DNA of 64,000 nt, taken from an uncultured virus (IMG/VR IMGVR_UViG_3300028920_000066) (Duplodnaviria; Heunggongvirae; Uroviricota; Caudoviricetes). The stretch's first letter is position 1. Each line of letters starts with the position of its first letter. The notes beneath the pieces are model-generated. The model ran no database searches, had not been told where the DNA came from, and saw only the letters and a program-made list of their open reading frames with translations. Positions 8,002 to 17,080 of the stretch are shown here, piece by piece. A program made the position numbers and the translations under genes. The stretch lies in IMG/VR virus record IMGVR_UViG_3300028920_000066; one strand, 5' to 3'.

Positions 8002-8051
8002 TTTTAAAGAACATTATTTCAGATTTAGGATGAGTTTCCCCACCCTAAACC
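8002..8051 (-). promoter_or_regulatory. boxB-like GAAA hairpin followed by boxA-like element, leader of the RNA array
   Basis: GGTTTAGGGTGGG-GAAA-CTCATCCTAAATC (8051-8022) with no U tract, then TGTTCTTTAAAA (8013-8002). Confidence 0.6.
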
Positions 8052-8055
8052 AATA

Positions 8056-9567
8056 TTACAATTCTACTTTCTTAATCTTGTTGACAAGTGCTTTCTTATC
8101 CTGTTCTAACAACTTCATCATATCAAACACTTTGTCGCTAAATCCAGCAAGACAGTAAACCTGATTCTCTGGAAACTCAAGCGTTCCATATCCTGCTAAG
8201 TCAAAAGAATACAAGTGAGTTCCTACGCCATACTTATCTTGGTAGGTTTTGAAAGCTTTTGGAGCGGTTACTCCTGAGCTTCCCCATCCCCAACTTGTTT
8301 CTTTCCAACCCTGCATATCCGACATCAAAATTATTCTGTCATATTTCTTTTTAGCTCTTGTGAACGGATATCCAAAGTCTGTTCCACCACCGTGATTATT
8401 CTTAGCAATATGTTCTGTGATTGTCATCACGGAATCTTTTGGATTCACATTAACATATCTTGCGTCATCAGAAAACATTAAAAAATCACAGTTATTAGTT
8501 TTCACAAGCACAGCCGCAAACAACGCCCCAATTTCAATAGGTGTCTGTTTATCTCTATCACCATATCCAAATCCACCCATAGAACCAGAATCGTCTAATG
8601 CAACTAACATACTTCCGTCAAACTTAGGAACATTATTAAGAGAAATTTCTACAGCGTCATCGATAGCAACCATTATATCTCTTGCTCTGTCCAGTCTACT
8701 ATTCTTAAACTCTTTATAAGCAGTATAAAATCTGAAAGGCAATACAAGAGATTTCTTGATTAGCTTCTCGTCCCTTAACATATCAAGAGCCTTATCAAGC
8801 ATATCAGGTGACTGCTCTGCAATATTTCTTAAATTTCTTAAAAGAGCAAAGTATCCAATCTTTCTTGTGCCTACAAGTTCTTTCCAAGCGTCAGCCTTAA
8901 ACTTTTCTTTCTCTTCCTCAGTCTTAGCTGTTTGACCAGCCTTTGTCAACTTAGTTTCCCAAGTTCCATCTGAAGAAAGTTTATTGTCTACAACAAGCTT
9001 TTTTAAAGCCTCAGCGTTCTTTTCTGTAGGTCTTGGTCTTACAAGATTGATAGCGTCAAGTAAAGATACTTCTTTTGTGCCACCCTTATATTTAGCAATT
9101 TGATATGCGTCAAACTTATCAAAAGCTTTAGCAAGACCTTTCTTTAAAGCATTAGGAAGAACAGCTCTCTTCTTATCTTTACTGTATTTATCAAAATAGT
9201 TTGCAAGGATTTCTGTGATATCATCTGTTCTGTAAACTACTTTATTAAAGAAAGATTTACCCCAAGAAACACCCTGTCCTTTGATTTCATTAGCAATTAT
9301 TGAAGCAAGAGCGTGAGTAATAGACCTCATACCAAACTCAGTTCTTGCATAGATACCAGCCTTAGCACCAAATGATAAGTCAGGAAGCTTCTTTACAACA
9401 GCTTCTAACTGTTTCAAAGCTGTTCCAGAATCCCTGTAATACTGGTCTTTCACAAAGCTGGTTAGTAATAAAGACACTAATTCCAACTCTGGACTTTCCT
9501 TGTAAGATTTTCCACCTGCAAGGTTAGTAGTTTTTGTTCCTGCTTTCTTTTTGTTGAATTTGCTCAT
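8056..9567 (-). CDS. Ro60/Rsr RNA-binding protein (TROVE + vWA domains)
   Basis: TTNLAGGKSY, YARTEFGMRS, FDAYQIAKY, TWETKLT, IGYFALLRNLRNI, LVLPFRFYTAY, MIDAS DDSGSM, GGGTDF, SDMQGW; start at MSKFNKK after AGGAGAGG. Confidence 0.95.
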   Translation of the reverse strand: MSKFNKKKAGTKTTNLAGGKSYKESPELELVSLLLTSFVKDQYYRDSGTALKQLEAVVKKLPDLSFGAKAGIYARTEFGMRSITHALASIIANEIKGQGVSWGKSFFNKVVYRTDDITEILANYFDKYSKDKKRAVLPNALKKGLAKAFDKFDAYQIAKYKGGTKEVSLLDAINLVRPRPTEKNAEALKKLVVDNKLSSDGTWETKLTKAGQTAKTEEEKEKFKADAWKELVGTRKIGYFALLRNLRNIAEQSPDMLDKALDMLRDEKLIKKSLVLPFRFYTAYKEFKNSRLDRARDIMVAIDDAVEISLNNVPKFDGSMLVALDDSGSMGGFGYGDRDKQTPIEIGALFAAVLVKTNNCDFLMFSDDARYVNVNPKDSVMTITEHIAKNNHGGGTDFGYPFTRAKKKYDRIILMSDMQGWKETSWGWGSSGVTAPKAFKTYQDKYGVGTHLYSFDLAGYGTLEFPENQVYCLAGFSDKVFDMMKLLEQDKKALVNKIKKVEL

Positions 9568-9633
9568 AACTTCACCTCTCCTGTTTAAGTGCCCGTCCCT
9601 GTAGTTGGACACCGAATATCTATCTTGTATATA

Positions 9634-9662
9634 ATCTTATCAAATTTATAAGTTCTTGTCAA
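9634..9662 (-). promoter_or_regulatory. sigma70-type promoter of the Ro60/Y-RNA/groES unit
   Basis: TTGACA (9662-9657), 17 bp, TAAGAT (9639-9634) with extended -10 TG. Confidence 0.8.
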
Positions 9663-9696
9663 GTTTTTTTTTCATTTTTTTTAATTTTTTTTGCCT

Positions 9697-10722
9697 TTAT
9701 TTATTAGTGTTTTTTAGAACCCCTAAAAGCTTTTCTCTTTTTTTCTTTAAAAAGAACAACCTACCACGTCTTCTATTTCTCTCTTTTCTTATTTGTTTAT
9801 CTTTATTCTTCTTCCAATTATCTTTTGAATTTTTTCTTTGCTTCTCTTTATGTTCTTCTATTTCTTTTTTTGAAAGCTTTCTTTTCTTACGTTCTTGTTT
9901 GTGTTCCTTGTGCCATTCACTTAAAACACTAACAGCGTGGTGCAATTTGAGGTGTTCCTGATTAACAGCATAATGCAATCGATTATAACATTTATTCTTT
10001 ATCTTATTAACAAACTCCCTAATTTCTTTACTTTGCGACTTTATTTTTTTAACCTGTTCCTTATCCATCAAAAACTTATACAAAGCTATAACGTCTTTTA
10101 TATCTGCCGAGTCTACTAAGAACAACATATTCTTTTTATTACTAAAATTATCTTTTGCTTTCTGTAAACTCCAAGCTTTAATATCTGAAGATTTTTCAAC
10201 AACTTCATTAACGCTACGGTTCTGCGTATTCTCCTTTAGATATTTTTTCATTTCCTCAAGCACAGACAACTTATTATCCTTATTAAGAATAAAATAAAAC
10301 GTCTTCATAAAATATTTATAGTTACAAACAACAGGGTCTTTCTTACAATCTATATCTTCTTTATCCCCAAACAACTTCTCCATATCTTTAGTTGTCACCT
10401 GATATTTTCCCGTAATTGCATCATAACCTTTATTAAAAGCCTCAATGTTAATTCTATCGTTCTTATCTTTCTTTATCTCATTATTAACAAATGTATACAA
10501 TCTTTTCAATACGTCAACTTTATCTTCCAGATACTTATTTATATCTTCCCTCAATTCCTTTCTATATTCAACCCTCTCTTTTTTCTTTGCCATACGCTCT
10601 TCATATTCTTCAGGGTTTAATATACTTTTCTTCCTATTAGAAATCTTCTTTAATTCCCCCTCTTCCTTTTCAATTTCTTGTTCGCACCTTTTTAATTCTC
10701 GCTGTGCCTCTTCATAGTTCAT
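9697..10722 (-). CDS. hypothetical charged coiled-coil protein
   Basis: 341 aa Lys/Glu-rich ORF. Confidence 0.7.
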   Translation of the reverse strand: MNYEEAQRELKRCEQEIEKEEGELKKISNRKKSILNPEEYEERMAKKKERVEYRKELREDINKYLEDKVDVLKRLYTFVNNEIKKDKNDRINIEAFNKGYDAITGKYQVTTKDMEKLFGDKEDIDCKKDPVVCNYKYFMKTFYFILNKDNKLSVLEEMKKYLKENTQNRSVNEVVEKSSDIKAWSLQKAKDNFSNKKNMLFLVDSADIKDVIALYKFLMDKEQVKKIKSQSKEIREFVNKIKNKCYNRLHYAVNQEHLKLHHAVSVLSEWHKEHKQERKKRKLSKKEIEEHKEKQRKNSKDNWKKNKDKQIRKERNRRRGRLFFLKKKREKLLGVLKNTNK

Positions 10723-11079
10723 TTATCTTTCCTCCATTCTGGATTCAATTATGTTCTCAATTCCTTTTTGGTCTAACACACCTGACACTACAGCCCTAAC
10801 CTTATTATCTTTATTGATAAACAAAGTGCTTGGTATCTTATCTATTCCTAAAATAACCCGTGATACCTTTGCTACTTTATCTTTATCAACGTTATATATT
10901 CTACATAACATTGTCTTTCCGTCAGAGTTCTTAACGTCCATTTTTATCAACTCATCTGTATACTCTTTACAAAACTTACAGCCATCAGCTATTAACACTA
11001 CAAGCTTCTCTGTATTATCAGCCAATATCCCTTTAACCTCTTCTATATCTTTTTTCATTTGTTCCATAACTTGTTTCAT
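10723..11079 (-). CDS. thioredoxin-like protein
   Basis: GCKFC redox motif and IPST cis-Pro segment. Confidence 0.8.
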   Translation of the reverse strand: MKQVMEQMKKDIEEVKGILADNTEKLVVLIADGCKFCKEYTDELIKMDVKNSDGKTMLCRIYNVDKDKVAKVSRVILGIDKIPSTLFINKDNKVRAVVSGVLDQKGIENIIESRMEER

Positions 11080-11558
11080 ATCTCATCTTCATCCAGACTA
11101 TAATTTGTTTTCTTTACTTTAATATCTTTCTTACAACCCCTACATTTTTTCTCAGCTTTCTTAACACGCTTAGGCAAATTTAATTTATCCCCAAGCCAAG
11201 ACCAAAAGTTTATATCATAAACTTCTATCATTTTTCGCATTTCATCAACGTCATTATTAAACCCATAAGTAGCATTTTGCTCTACAGCCTCTATCATATG
11301 AATCCTTGTAGAACAATAATGTTTTATATAACACCAATAATTTTTAAATTCTTCCATACGTTTGTTTGAAATTTTATAAGATAAACCAAGAATAGCAAAT
11401 AACTTTTGACCCACTTCAGACCTTTGTTGTCTTAAATTTTTAAGCAACTTCGGAGTAAGTTTATAGGTATCAGACCACATACATATATGCTCTATCTGGC
11501 AAGTTATATGCCCTATAATTGCAATATACTCGTCAGCCATCTCGTATCTGTTTTTCAT
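11076..11558 (-). CDS. hypothetical protein
   Basis: 160 aa ORF with GAGAGGA RBS. Confidence 0.7.
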   Translation of the reverse strand: MKNRYEMADEYIAIIGHITCQIEHICMWSDTYKLTPKLLKNLRQQRSEVGQKLFAILGLSYKISNKRMEEFKNYWCYIKHYCSTRIHMIEAVEQNATYGFNNDVDEMRKMIEVYDINFWSWLGDKLNLPKRVKKAEKKCRGCKKDIKVKKTNYSLDEDEI

Positions 11559-11581
11559 AGTCCTCTCATTTCCTTGTTTTT

Positions 11582-11658
11582 TGGTGACGCATAAGGGATT
11601 CGAACCCTTGATAACCTGATAGAAAGTCAGGTGGCTTAGACCACTTGCCCAATGCGTC
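11582..11658 (-). tRNA. tRNA-Glu(TTC), CCA encoded
   Basis: GACGCAT/ATGCGTC acceptor, CCTGA-CTTTCTA-TCAGG anticodon arm, AAGGG-TTCGAAT-CCCTT T arm. Confidence 0.9.
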
Positions 11659-11685
11659 CCATACTCTTCCTATCTTTGTAACTAC

Positions 11686-11714
11686 ATTATATGATTTTTT
11701 TAAAGGTTTGTCAA
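11686..11714 (-). promoter_or_regulatory. consensus sigma70 promoter upstream of tRNA-Glu
   Basis: TTGACA (11714-11709), 17 bp, TATAAT (11691-11686). Confidence 0.88.
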
Positions 11715-11760
11715 GCAGTTTTTTACATTTCTTTAATAAAACTTAGGGGCTTTAAAAGAG

Positions 11761-12222
11761 TTAAAGCTCCTCCGTCCACCAGAAGTATTTTCTTATATCT
11801 TCAGCAGTAGGTTCGCCCTTTGGCTCATACATTTCTACTACTATTCGCTTAACCTTATCAGGGGTTTTTTCTCTTGATAAAGTTCTCTCAATAAGGTTTT
11901 TATCATTATCCAGCTTACCACTACCCTCAAAAGCGTCCCACAATAACTTATGTAAATTATTTGTATCAGCGTTCTTTTTAAGATTATAAGCCGTAAGCTC
12001 TGCTATAACGTATGTATCTTTCCAGCTTGGCATACCTTGTTTATTAGCTTGGTCTTTTATCATCCACTCAAGCTCTTCTTTTAATTGTTTTCCGTCAGGA
12101 GTCATATACATATGTGGTCTTTTTAAAGGCTTACCTTTTCTATCACGAAACGCCATACGATATATAGCATTAACACTTAAAGGCATAGGCAACTCAAATC
12201 TATATTTCTTAATCGTTTCCAT
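11761..12222 (-). CDS. rusA: RusA-family Holliday junction resolvase
   Basis: LPMPLSVNAIY ... DTNNLHKLLWDAFEGSGKLDNDK. Confidence 0.8.
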   Translation of the reverse strand: METIKKYRFELPMPLSVNAIYRMAFRDRKGKPLKRPHMYMTPDGKQLKEELEWMIKDQANKQGMPSWKDTYVIAELTAYNLKKNADTNNLHKLLWDAFEGSGKLDNDKNLIERTLSREKTPDKVKRIVVEMYEPKGEPTAEDIRKYFWWTEEL

Positions 12223-12223
12223 T

Positions 12224-15200
12224 TTACCACTTCCAAATAAATTTTTTCACATCAATATCTTTTATCCTATCGTTTAAAGAATTGCTTGTATCCTCTTTAG
12301 GCTTATCTTTTAATATCCTATTCTCGTCACCAATATACTGACGCTTCAAGGGTTTATCTTCTTTTATACTACCATCTCCAGTTTCTTCTACAGAAAGGTC
12401 TGCTATATCCTTTACAAGAGTATCGTCTTTAAGAAGCTCCTTTATTTTTTCTTTAGTTGTTTTACTTTCTAACTGACTTAATTTGTCTTTTTTCTTTTTC
12501 TTTTTATTCTTTTTAGGCTTTAAGTATTGCATTACATTATCTATATTCCACCTAAAATAATGTTCTTGTGCAGTATTATCTTCTTCACTACCATCATAAA
12601 CTTCTGTGCTCATCATATTAGCTTTTATATCAAACCTTTCGTCCTTTGGATTTATATAATAAAAATCATTTAATATAAATTCAGTATCTGGTTCTACACC
12701 CATTCCTGCTTCTGGCAAAACAACACTCCCAGGCTTACCGTCCAATTCTTTACAAGCTTCTTTTGTCACATAGGCTAACGTAATATGTGGTTTATAATCT
12801 TTATATGTTGTAATATGTTCAAATTTATCCGAAACATTTTTATGTAGTTTATGTAAATCCTCTGATTCTACTTCTATGATAATCACATCATATGGTTTCT
12901 GGTCATCAGAAAATCTTGATAAATTACCAAATTTTATATTAACAGGATTTACCAAACCTAATATCTCATCTGCATTATGTTCTTTTAAACCATATAAAAC
13001 TGTAGCGTGTATTTCGTTTTCACGACCAAAACCTTTTTCTTCAACATATAAATCTTCATCTTTAATAGTCTGTTTAGCAAAATTTCTTATACGTTCAGCT
13101 ATTTCTATAGGTAGCTCTACCATTAAACACCCATATTTTTCTTCTGCACATATTGAATGTTTTATATTAGCTTCCACTACGTCTTTATTAAATGTAGTTA
13201 CTGCTATCTTATGTATAGCGTCCCTAAAAGCTCTTTCGTCTTCTTCCCAAGCGTCATCATTTTCATCGTCTATATATAAATTATTCTTTTCCCAAGTATC
13301 CGAACATAATTCTATATGAACCTGTTCTCTTTCGTCCTCAAATTTTTGCCAATCTTTTGTAGACCATCCACCCAAAACTATATCGGCATACTTCTTTAAT
13401 AAGTCCATATCTATTTTAAGCTCTCCATTATCAAACATCTTAACATATTCATCAACCTTATACCCCGTCACGTCTTTAACCTGCGTAGATTCTTTTATCA
13501 TTGTTTCTGAGTGCTCTGGATACTTATTCTTTTTAAATCCCATACCCTTATACCATTTCTGTAATTTTTTCTTATTACCACCAAAATCTCCTGACGGAGT
13601 AAGCGTTACAACAAGACCGTGCTCTTTGGCATAATCAAGAACTAAATCCATTACTTGTGTGCCTATACCTTGTTGCCTTTCTTCTTTAGGAACAAGTATT
13701 TTATTAACCGTTATAGCTTTCGTGCTTGGGTGATAAGTAGTCCACAAAGTCACATTAGGATATTTCTCTTCTACTAACTTATCCAACTCCTCTATATTAA
13801 CCTCCGAAGAGTTTACACCTTTTTTATTAAGAGTTTTTATACTCAAGTCTATCCTAAAATCATTATCTTTAAATTCATCCCACGTATTATAAATAAGTTT
13901 ATCTCCATAATCCATAACAATAAAATCTTTTGGTGCATATTCTGTTATCAATTCTTCAGCTTTTGTAAGGTCTACCCCAGCCTTACATTCAATGTTAGCT
14001 GTTTCTTCATAAAACCAAAACCTTATCCAACCGTCACGTATCATATTATTAAATGTTTCTGAAGTTGTCGAACCTATTTGTGTATACTTTTTAACAATAT
14101 CTAAATTTTCGTCTATCCACCAGCTATGCGTTTCAGGAACTCCCTCATTCCTAATATTAAAATCTGTGCCATCAGGGGCTATCCAATAAGCACTTCCTAC
14201 CGCGGCATAAACATATCTTAAATTACTTGCTGGTTGTTCAAACATATCCTTTACTCCCCACACCTTAACGTCTTTACCCTCATAAGTTTTCTCTTCTATT
14301 TTATTTACTGCTGTTAGTTTTCCAAGCGTCACAGGTTTATCATCTTCTAACTCGTTTTCTAAAAATTTATCTAAAGCGTCAAAATCTGTTTTTGAACTAA
14401 ACATCACATTAGTTCCATAACTCCATTTTCTTATACGAGCCCAACCACCTACAACCATTCTATCTAATATATCAAATGGACTTGCTTCATACATATCATA
14501 CTTTTCATATACTTCTATGTCCTTATTAGAAAGATATGGTTCAACGTATTCCATATTTTCAGCTTCCAAAACCCATTCTGCGTGAACGTCCCCCACTTCT
14601 ATTACTTCTCCTTTAGGTGTTATAAACCACCCAGCTATCATCTCTGCCTTTATTTTGCTACCAAATATTTTATCCCAAGTAGTATTATAACTTTTATTTA
14701 AAGTTAAGTCTTGCAAATTATAACTATCCATTATAATACTATCACCACTTTTTCCAATGTCCCCCATTAAAGGTTTTATTTTTTCTATAGCGTCCTTTCT
14801 ATTCCCATAATAATTGACACCCCAATAATTCATATCGCTTAATCTTACAGCTATCCAACCGTCTTTTAACATTTCTGCTATAACATCAGCAAGAGCATAA
14901 TACATTTTATTATCATATAGTTTTATCTTTTTATTATTAACCATATCCATCTGTTCATCTGTAAAATATTGTGACAACTCTTCAGCGTTGTCATATATCC
15001 AAGCTCTATGGTCATCCTTGCCCCATTTACCCAATTTAATATATGAGCTATCAGGCTTTACCCAATAGCCCTGACCTGGCATATCAGAAGCTTTTACATT
15101 ACTTTGTATCTCTTCCAGCCACGTTGTCTTATCTTCTAAATTTTTCTTACCCTCGTCAATGACCTTATATAAAAAGTAATAATCGTGATTATCTATATCA

Positions 15201-17080
15201 AATATTTCATAGTTGCCATAATTCTCGGTTATCTTTATCTTTGTGCCTACTGGAAGTTCTTTATATAATATAACATCTTCTATATCATATGGGTCATCTG
15301 GGTCTGGCTCTGGGTTCTCCCCCCAATAATGAACCATTAACGGTTTAGTTACTTCTACCATCGTGCTACTTGCTTTTACATATTCTTCTTCTATCATTCC
15401 TGTTATCGCAAGTCTTACTGCGTGATTAACATCAGGAATTTCTCCAAAGTCACTATAATCAGCCATATCTAATTGGCTTAAAAGACCGTGCTCTTCTAAA
15501 AGGGTCATAAGCCATTCAATATTACCTGCCGTTGCTTTACTTGTGCCTACTCCTAACAGTTCTGATAAATATTCGTGCTGAGTTTCTCTTTCATAATCAT
15601 CACTTAATCCCTTTTCAACTTTCTCTATTATCTTTTTATATTTATAAAACTCTTTCCAAAACTTTTTCCAATTAACTTTTGGAAATTCTTGGTTCTTTAT
15701 TAAGCTTTCTATAAAAGAAAAAGCGTCTTGTCGTGATGATTTAACTTTCTTGTGGTCTTCTACTATCTTATTTATCTTTTTTAATATTGCTTTACCCCAT
15801 TTACCATTATAAGGAACATTAACTGCTCGGTCATCAAGAAATACTAATGCTGTAGAAGATTTCTCATTTGTTATCTTATCATAAGGCACTTCATTCTTAT
15901 CCAGCAACTTCTTTATCTTATCCCTGTCCTCTTTACCTCTGGCTGTGAATATAACTATCTTCCAACCATCTTCTTTTAACTCCTTTAATATCTTCACATT
16001 TTCTTCTATTAAATCTTTTGAACCAGTATAAGGATAATTATCAACAGCAAGAGTTCCGTCAAAATCTATACAGATTTCTTTCTTTCCAGCATTGATTATA
16101 ATCTTTGATTTTATATCTTTAATAAACTGCAACGCATAACCGTGAACAGCGTCCCTTAAAGGTTCTGTCAATACAGCGTCATATATGTGTTGATAAGGGC
16201 TATCTTCACCTATAAGTTCATTATAAAGAGCCTCATTGTTTTCTATAATCCACATCACTAACTCTATATGTTTATCGCTTCTTAACTGGTCGAATTTTTC
16301 AAACTCATCATCAGAAGCCTTTTCTACATTTTTAACAGCATTTACATAATCTGTTAATAATTTTTCATCAACTTTAAGTTCACCACGATTAAGTCTATAT
16401 TCATAATCTTCTACCTTTTTCTTATGCTCTTCATAATTACCTATCACAGACAGACTGTGAACCTCATACATAAACTGGTCAAAGTCTTCGCCAAAGAACT
16501 CGGCTGGAATTTGGTCAGCCATTTCAAATATTTGCTGGTCAGTAAGATTAGGGTTATTTTTCTGAATATTGATTTTTAATTCGGTGTGTAATCTTTGACG
16601 TTCCTTTTCAAGCTCTTCTAAAAGTTCTACATTATATTTAGAGTTCATCATATTATTAAGGTGTGTAAGATATTTATTAAGAACTTCCTCATCTATCTTA
16701 ATATCGCTTATGGTTATTGCCTTACCATAAACATTACCAAATGCGTCTTCTACATATTCATAATCTTTAAGTGCATCTTCCACAACAAACTGTTTAGCAT
16801 AATGATGCACAGCGTCCCTAAAATCTAAATCATCTAAATCATATTGTTTGTTTAGTTCTGGATTTAATCTCAAAAAAGCTTCCGTAAGTTTGTCGTGTAG
16901 GTCAACTCTATGTAAATCTATTATGATAAGTTCTTTTGTGTTATATTCTTTTTTAGCATAATCGTTTTCTTCTTGCCAAACAGAAATATATTCTTCTAAT
17001 TCCTTTTCTGGGATTTTTATTTTATTACTGTTTAGTTTTCGTAAAATTTGTTTACTATTAGAAGTTATTTTATTTTTTAG
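12224..17080 (-). CDS. polyvalent protein: helical repeats, HAD phosphatase, three W-x-x-P-x-G repeats, GNAT, Acb1-like 2H phosphoesterase; probably the -1 frame continuation of the GGDEF gene
   Basis: frame is open from 17080, upstream of the tracked TTG at 16873; DFDGTL/FTARG/FLDDRAV, VPKEERQQGIGT, HATVLY...HITLAY. Confidence 0.85.
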   Translation of the reverse strand, partial: LKNKITSNSKQILRKLNSNKIKIPEKELEEYISVWQEENDYAKKEYNTKELIIIDLHRVDLHDKLTEAFLRLNPELNKQYDLDDLDFRDAVHHYAKQFVVEDALKDYEYVEDAFGNVYGKAITISDIKIDEEVLNKYLTHLNNMMNSKYNVELLEELEKERQRLHTELKINIQKNNPNLTDQQIFEMADQIPAEFFGEDFDQFMYEVHSLSVIGNYEEHKKKVEDYEYRLNRGELKVDEKLLTDYVNAVKNVEKASDDEFEKFDQLRSDKHIELVMWIIENNEALYNELIGEDSPYQHIYDAVLTEPLRDAVHGYALQFIKDIKSKIIINAGKKEICIDFDGTLAVDNYPYTGSKDLIEENVKILKELKEDGWKIVIFTARGKEDRDKIKKLLDKNEVPYDKITNEKSSTALVFLDDRAVNVPYNGKWGKAILKKINKIVEDHKKVKSSRQDAFSFIESLIKNQEFPKVNWKKFWKEFYKYKKIIEKVEKGLSDDYERETQHEYLSELLGVGTSKATAGNIEWLMTLLEEHGLLSQLDMADYSDFGEIPDVNHAVRLAITGMIEEEYVKASSTMVEVTKPLMVHYWGENPEPDPDDPYDIEDVILYKELPVGTKIKITENYGNYEIFDIDNHDYYFLYKVIDEGKKNLEDKTTWLEEIQSNVKASDMPGQGYWVKPDSSYIKLGKWGKDDHRAWIYDNAEELSQYFTDEQMDMVNNKKIKLYDNKMYYALADVIAEMLKDGWIAVRLSDMNYWGVNYYGNRKDAIEKIKPLMGDIGKSGDSIIMDSYNLQDLTLNKSYNTTWDKIFGSKIKAEMIAGWFITPKGEVIEVGDVHAEWVLEAENMEYVEPYLSNKDIEVYEKYDMYEASPFDILDRMVVGGWARIRKWSYGTNVMFSSKTDFDALDKFLENELEDDKPVTLGKLTAVNKIEEKTYEGKDVKVWGVKDMFEQPASNLRYVYAAVGSAYWIAPDGTDFNIRNEGVPETHSWWIDENLDIVKKYTQIGSTTSETFNNMIRDGWIRFWFYEETANIECKAGVDLTKAEELITEYAPKDFIVMDYGDKLIYNTWDEFKDNDFRIDLSIKTLNKKGVNSSEVNIEELDKLVEEKYPNVTLWTTYHPSTKAITVNKILVPKEERQQGIGTQVMDLVLDYAKEHGLVVTLTPSGDFGGNKKKLQKWYKGMGFKKNKYPEHSETMIKESTQVKDVTGYKVDEYVKMFDNGELKIDMDLLKKYADIVLGGWSTKDWQKFEDEREQVHIELCSDTWEKNNLYIDDENDDAWEEDERAFRDAIHKIAVTTFNKDVVEANIKHSICAEEKYGCLMVELPIEIAERIRNFAKQTIKDEDLYVEEKGFGRENEIHATVLYGLKEHNADEILGLVNPVNIKFGNLSRFSDDQKPYDVIIIEVESEDLHKLHKNVSDKFEHITTYKDYKPHITLAYVTKEACKELDGKPGSVVLPEAGMGVEPDTEFILNDFYYINPKDERFDIKANMMSTEVYDGSEEDNTAQEHYFRWNIDNVMQYLKPKKNKKKKKKDKLSQLESKTTKEKIKELLKDDTLVKDIADLSVEETGDGSIKEDKPLKRQYIGDENRILKDKPKEDTSNSLNDRIKDIDVKKFIWKW

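Noticed and set aside
8022..8051. Intrinsic terminator after Ro60
   Set aside because: No U tract follows on the minus strand; a boxA-like sequence follows instead
16874..17077. Intron, intergenic spacer or stop-codon reassignment between the GGDEF and 1549-aa ORFs
   Set aside because: The gap is open in the -1 frame and encodes a repeat homologous to downstream sequence; other long genes read normally in code 11
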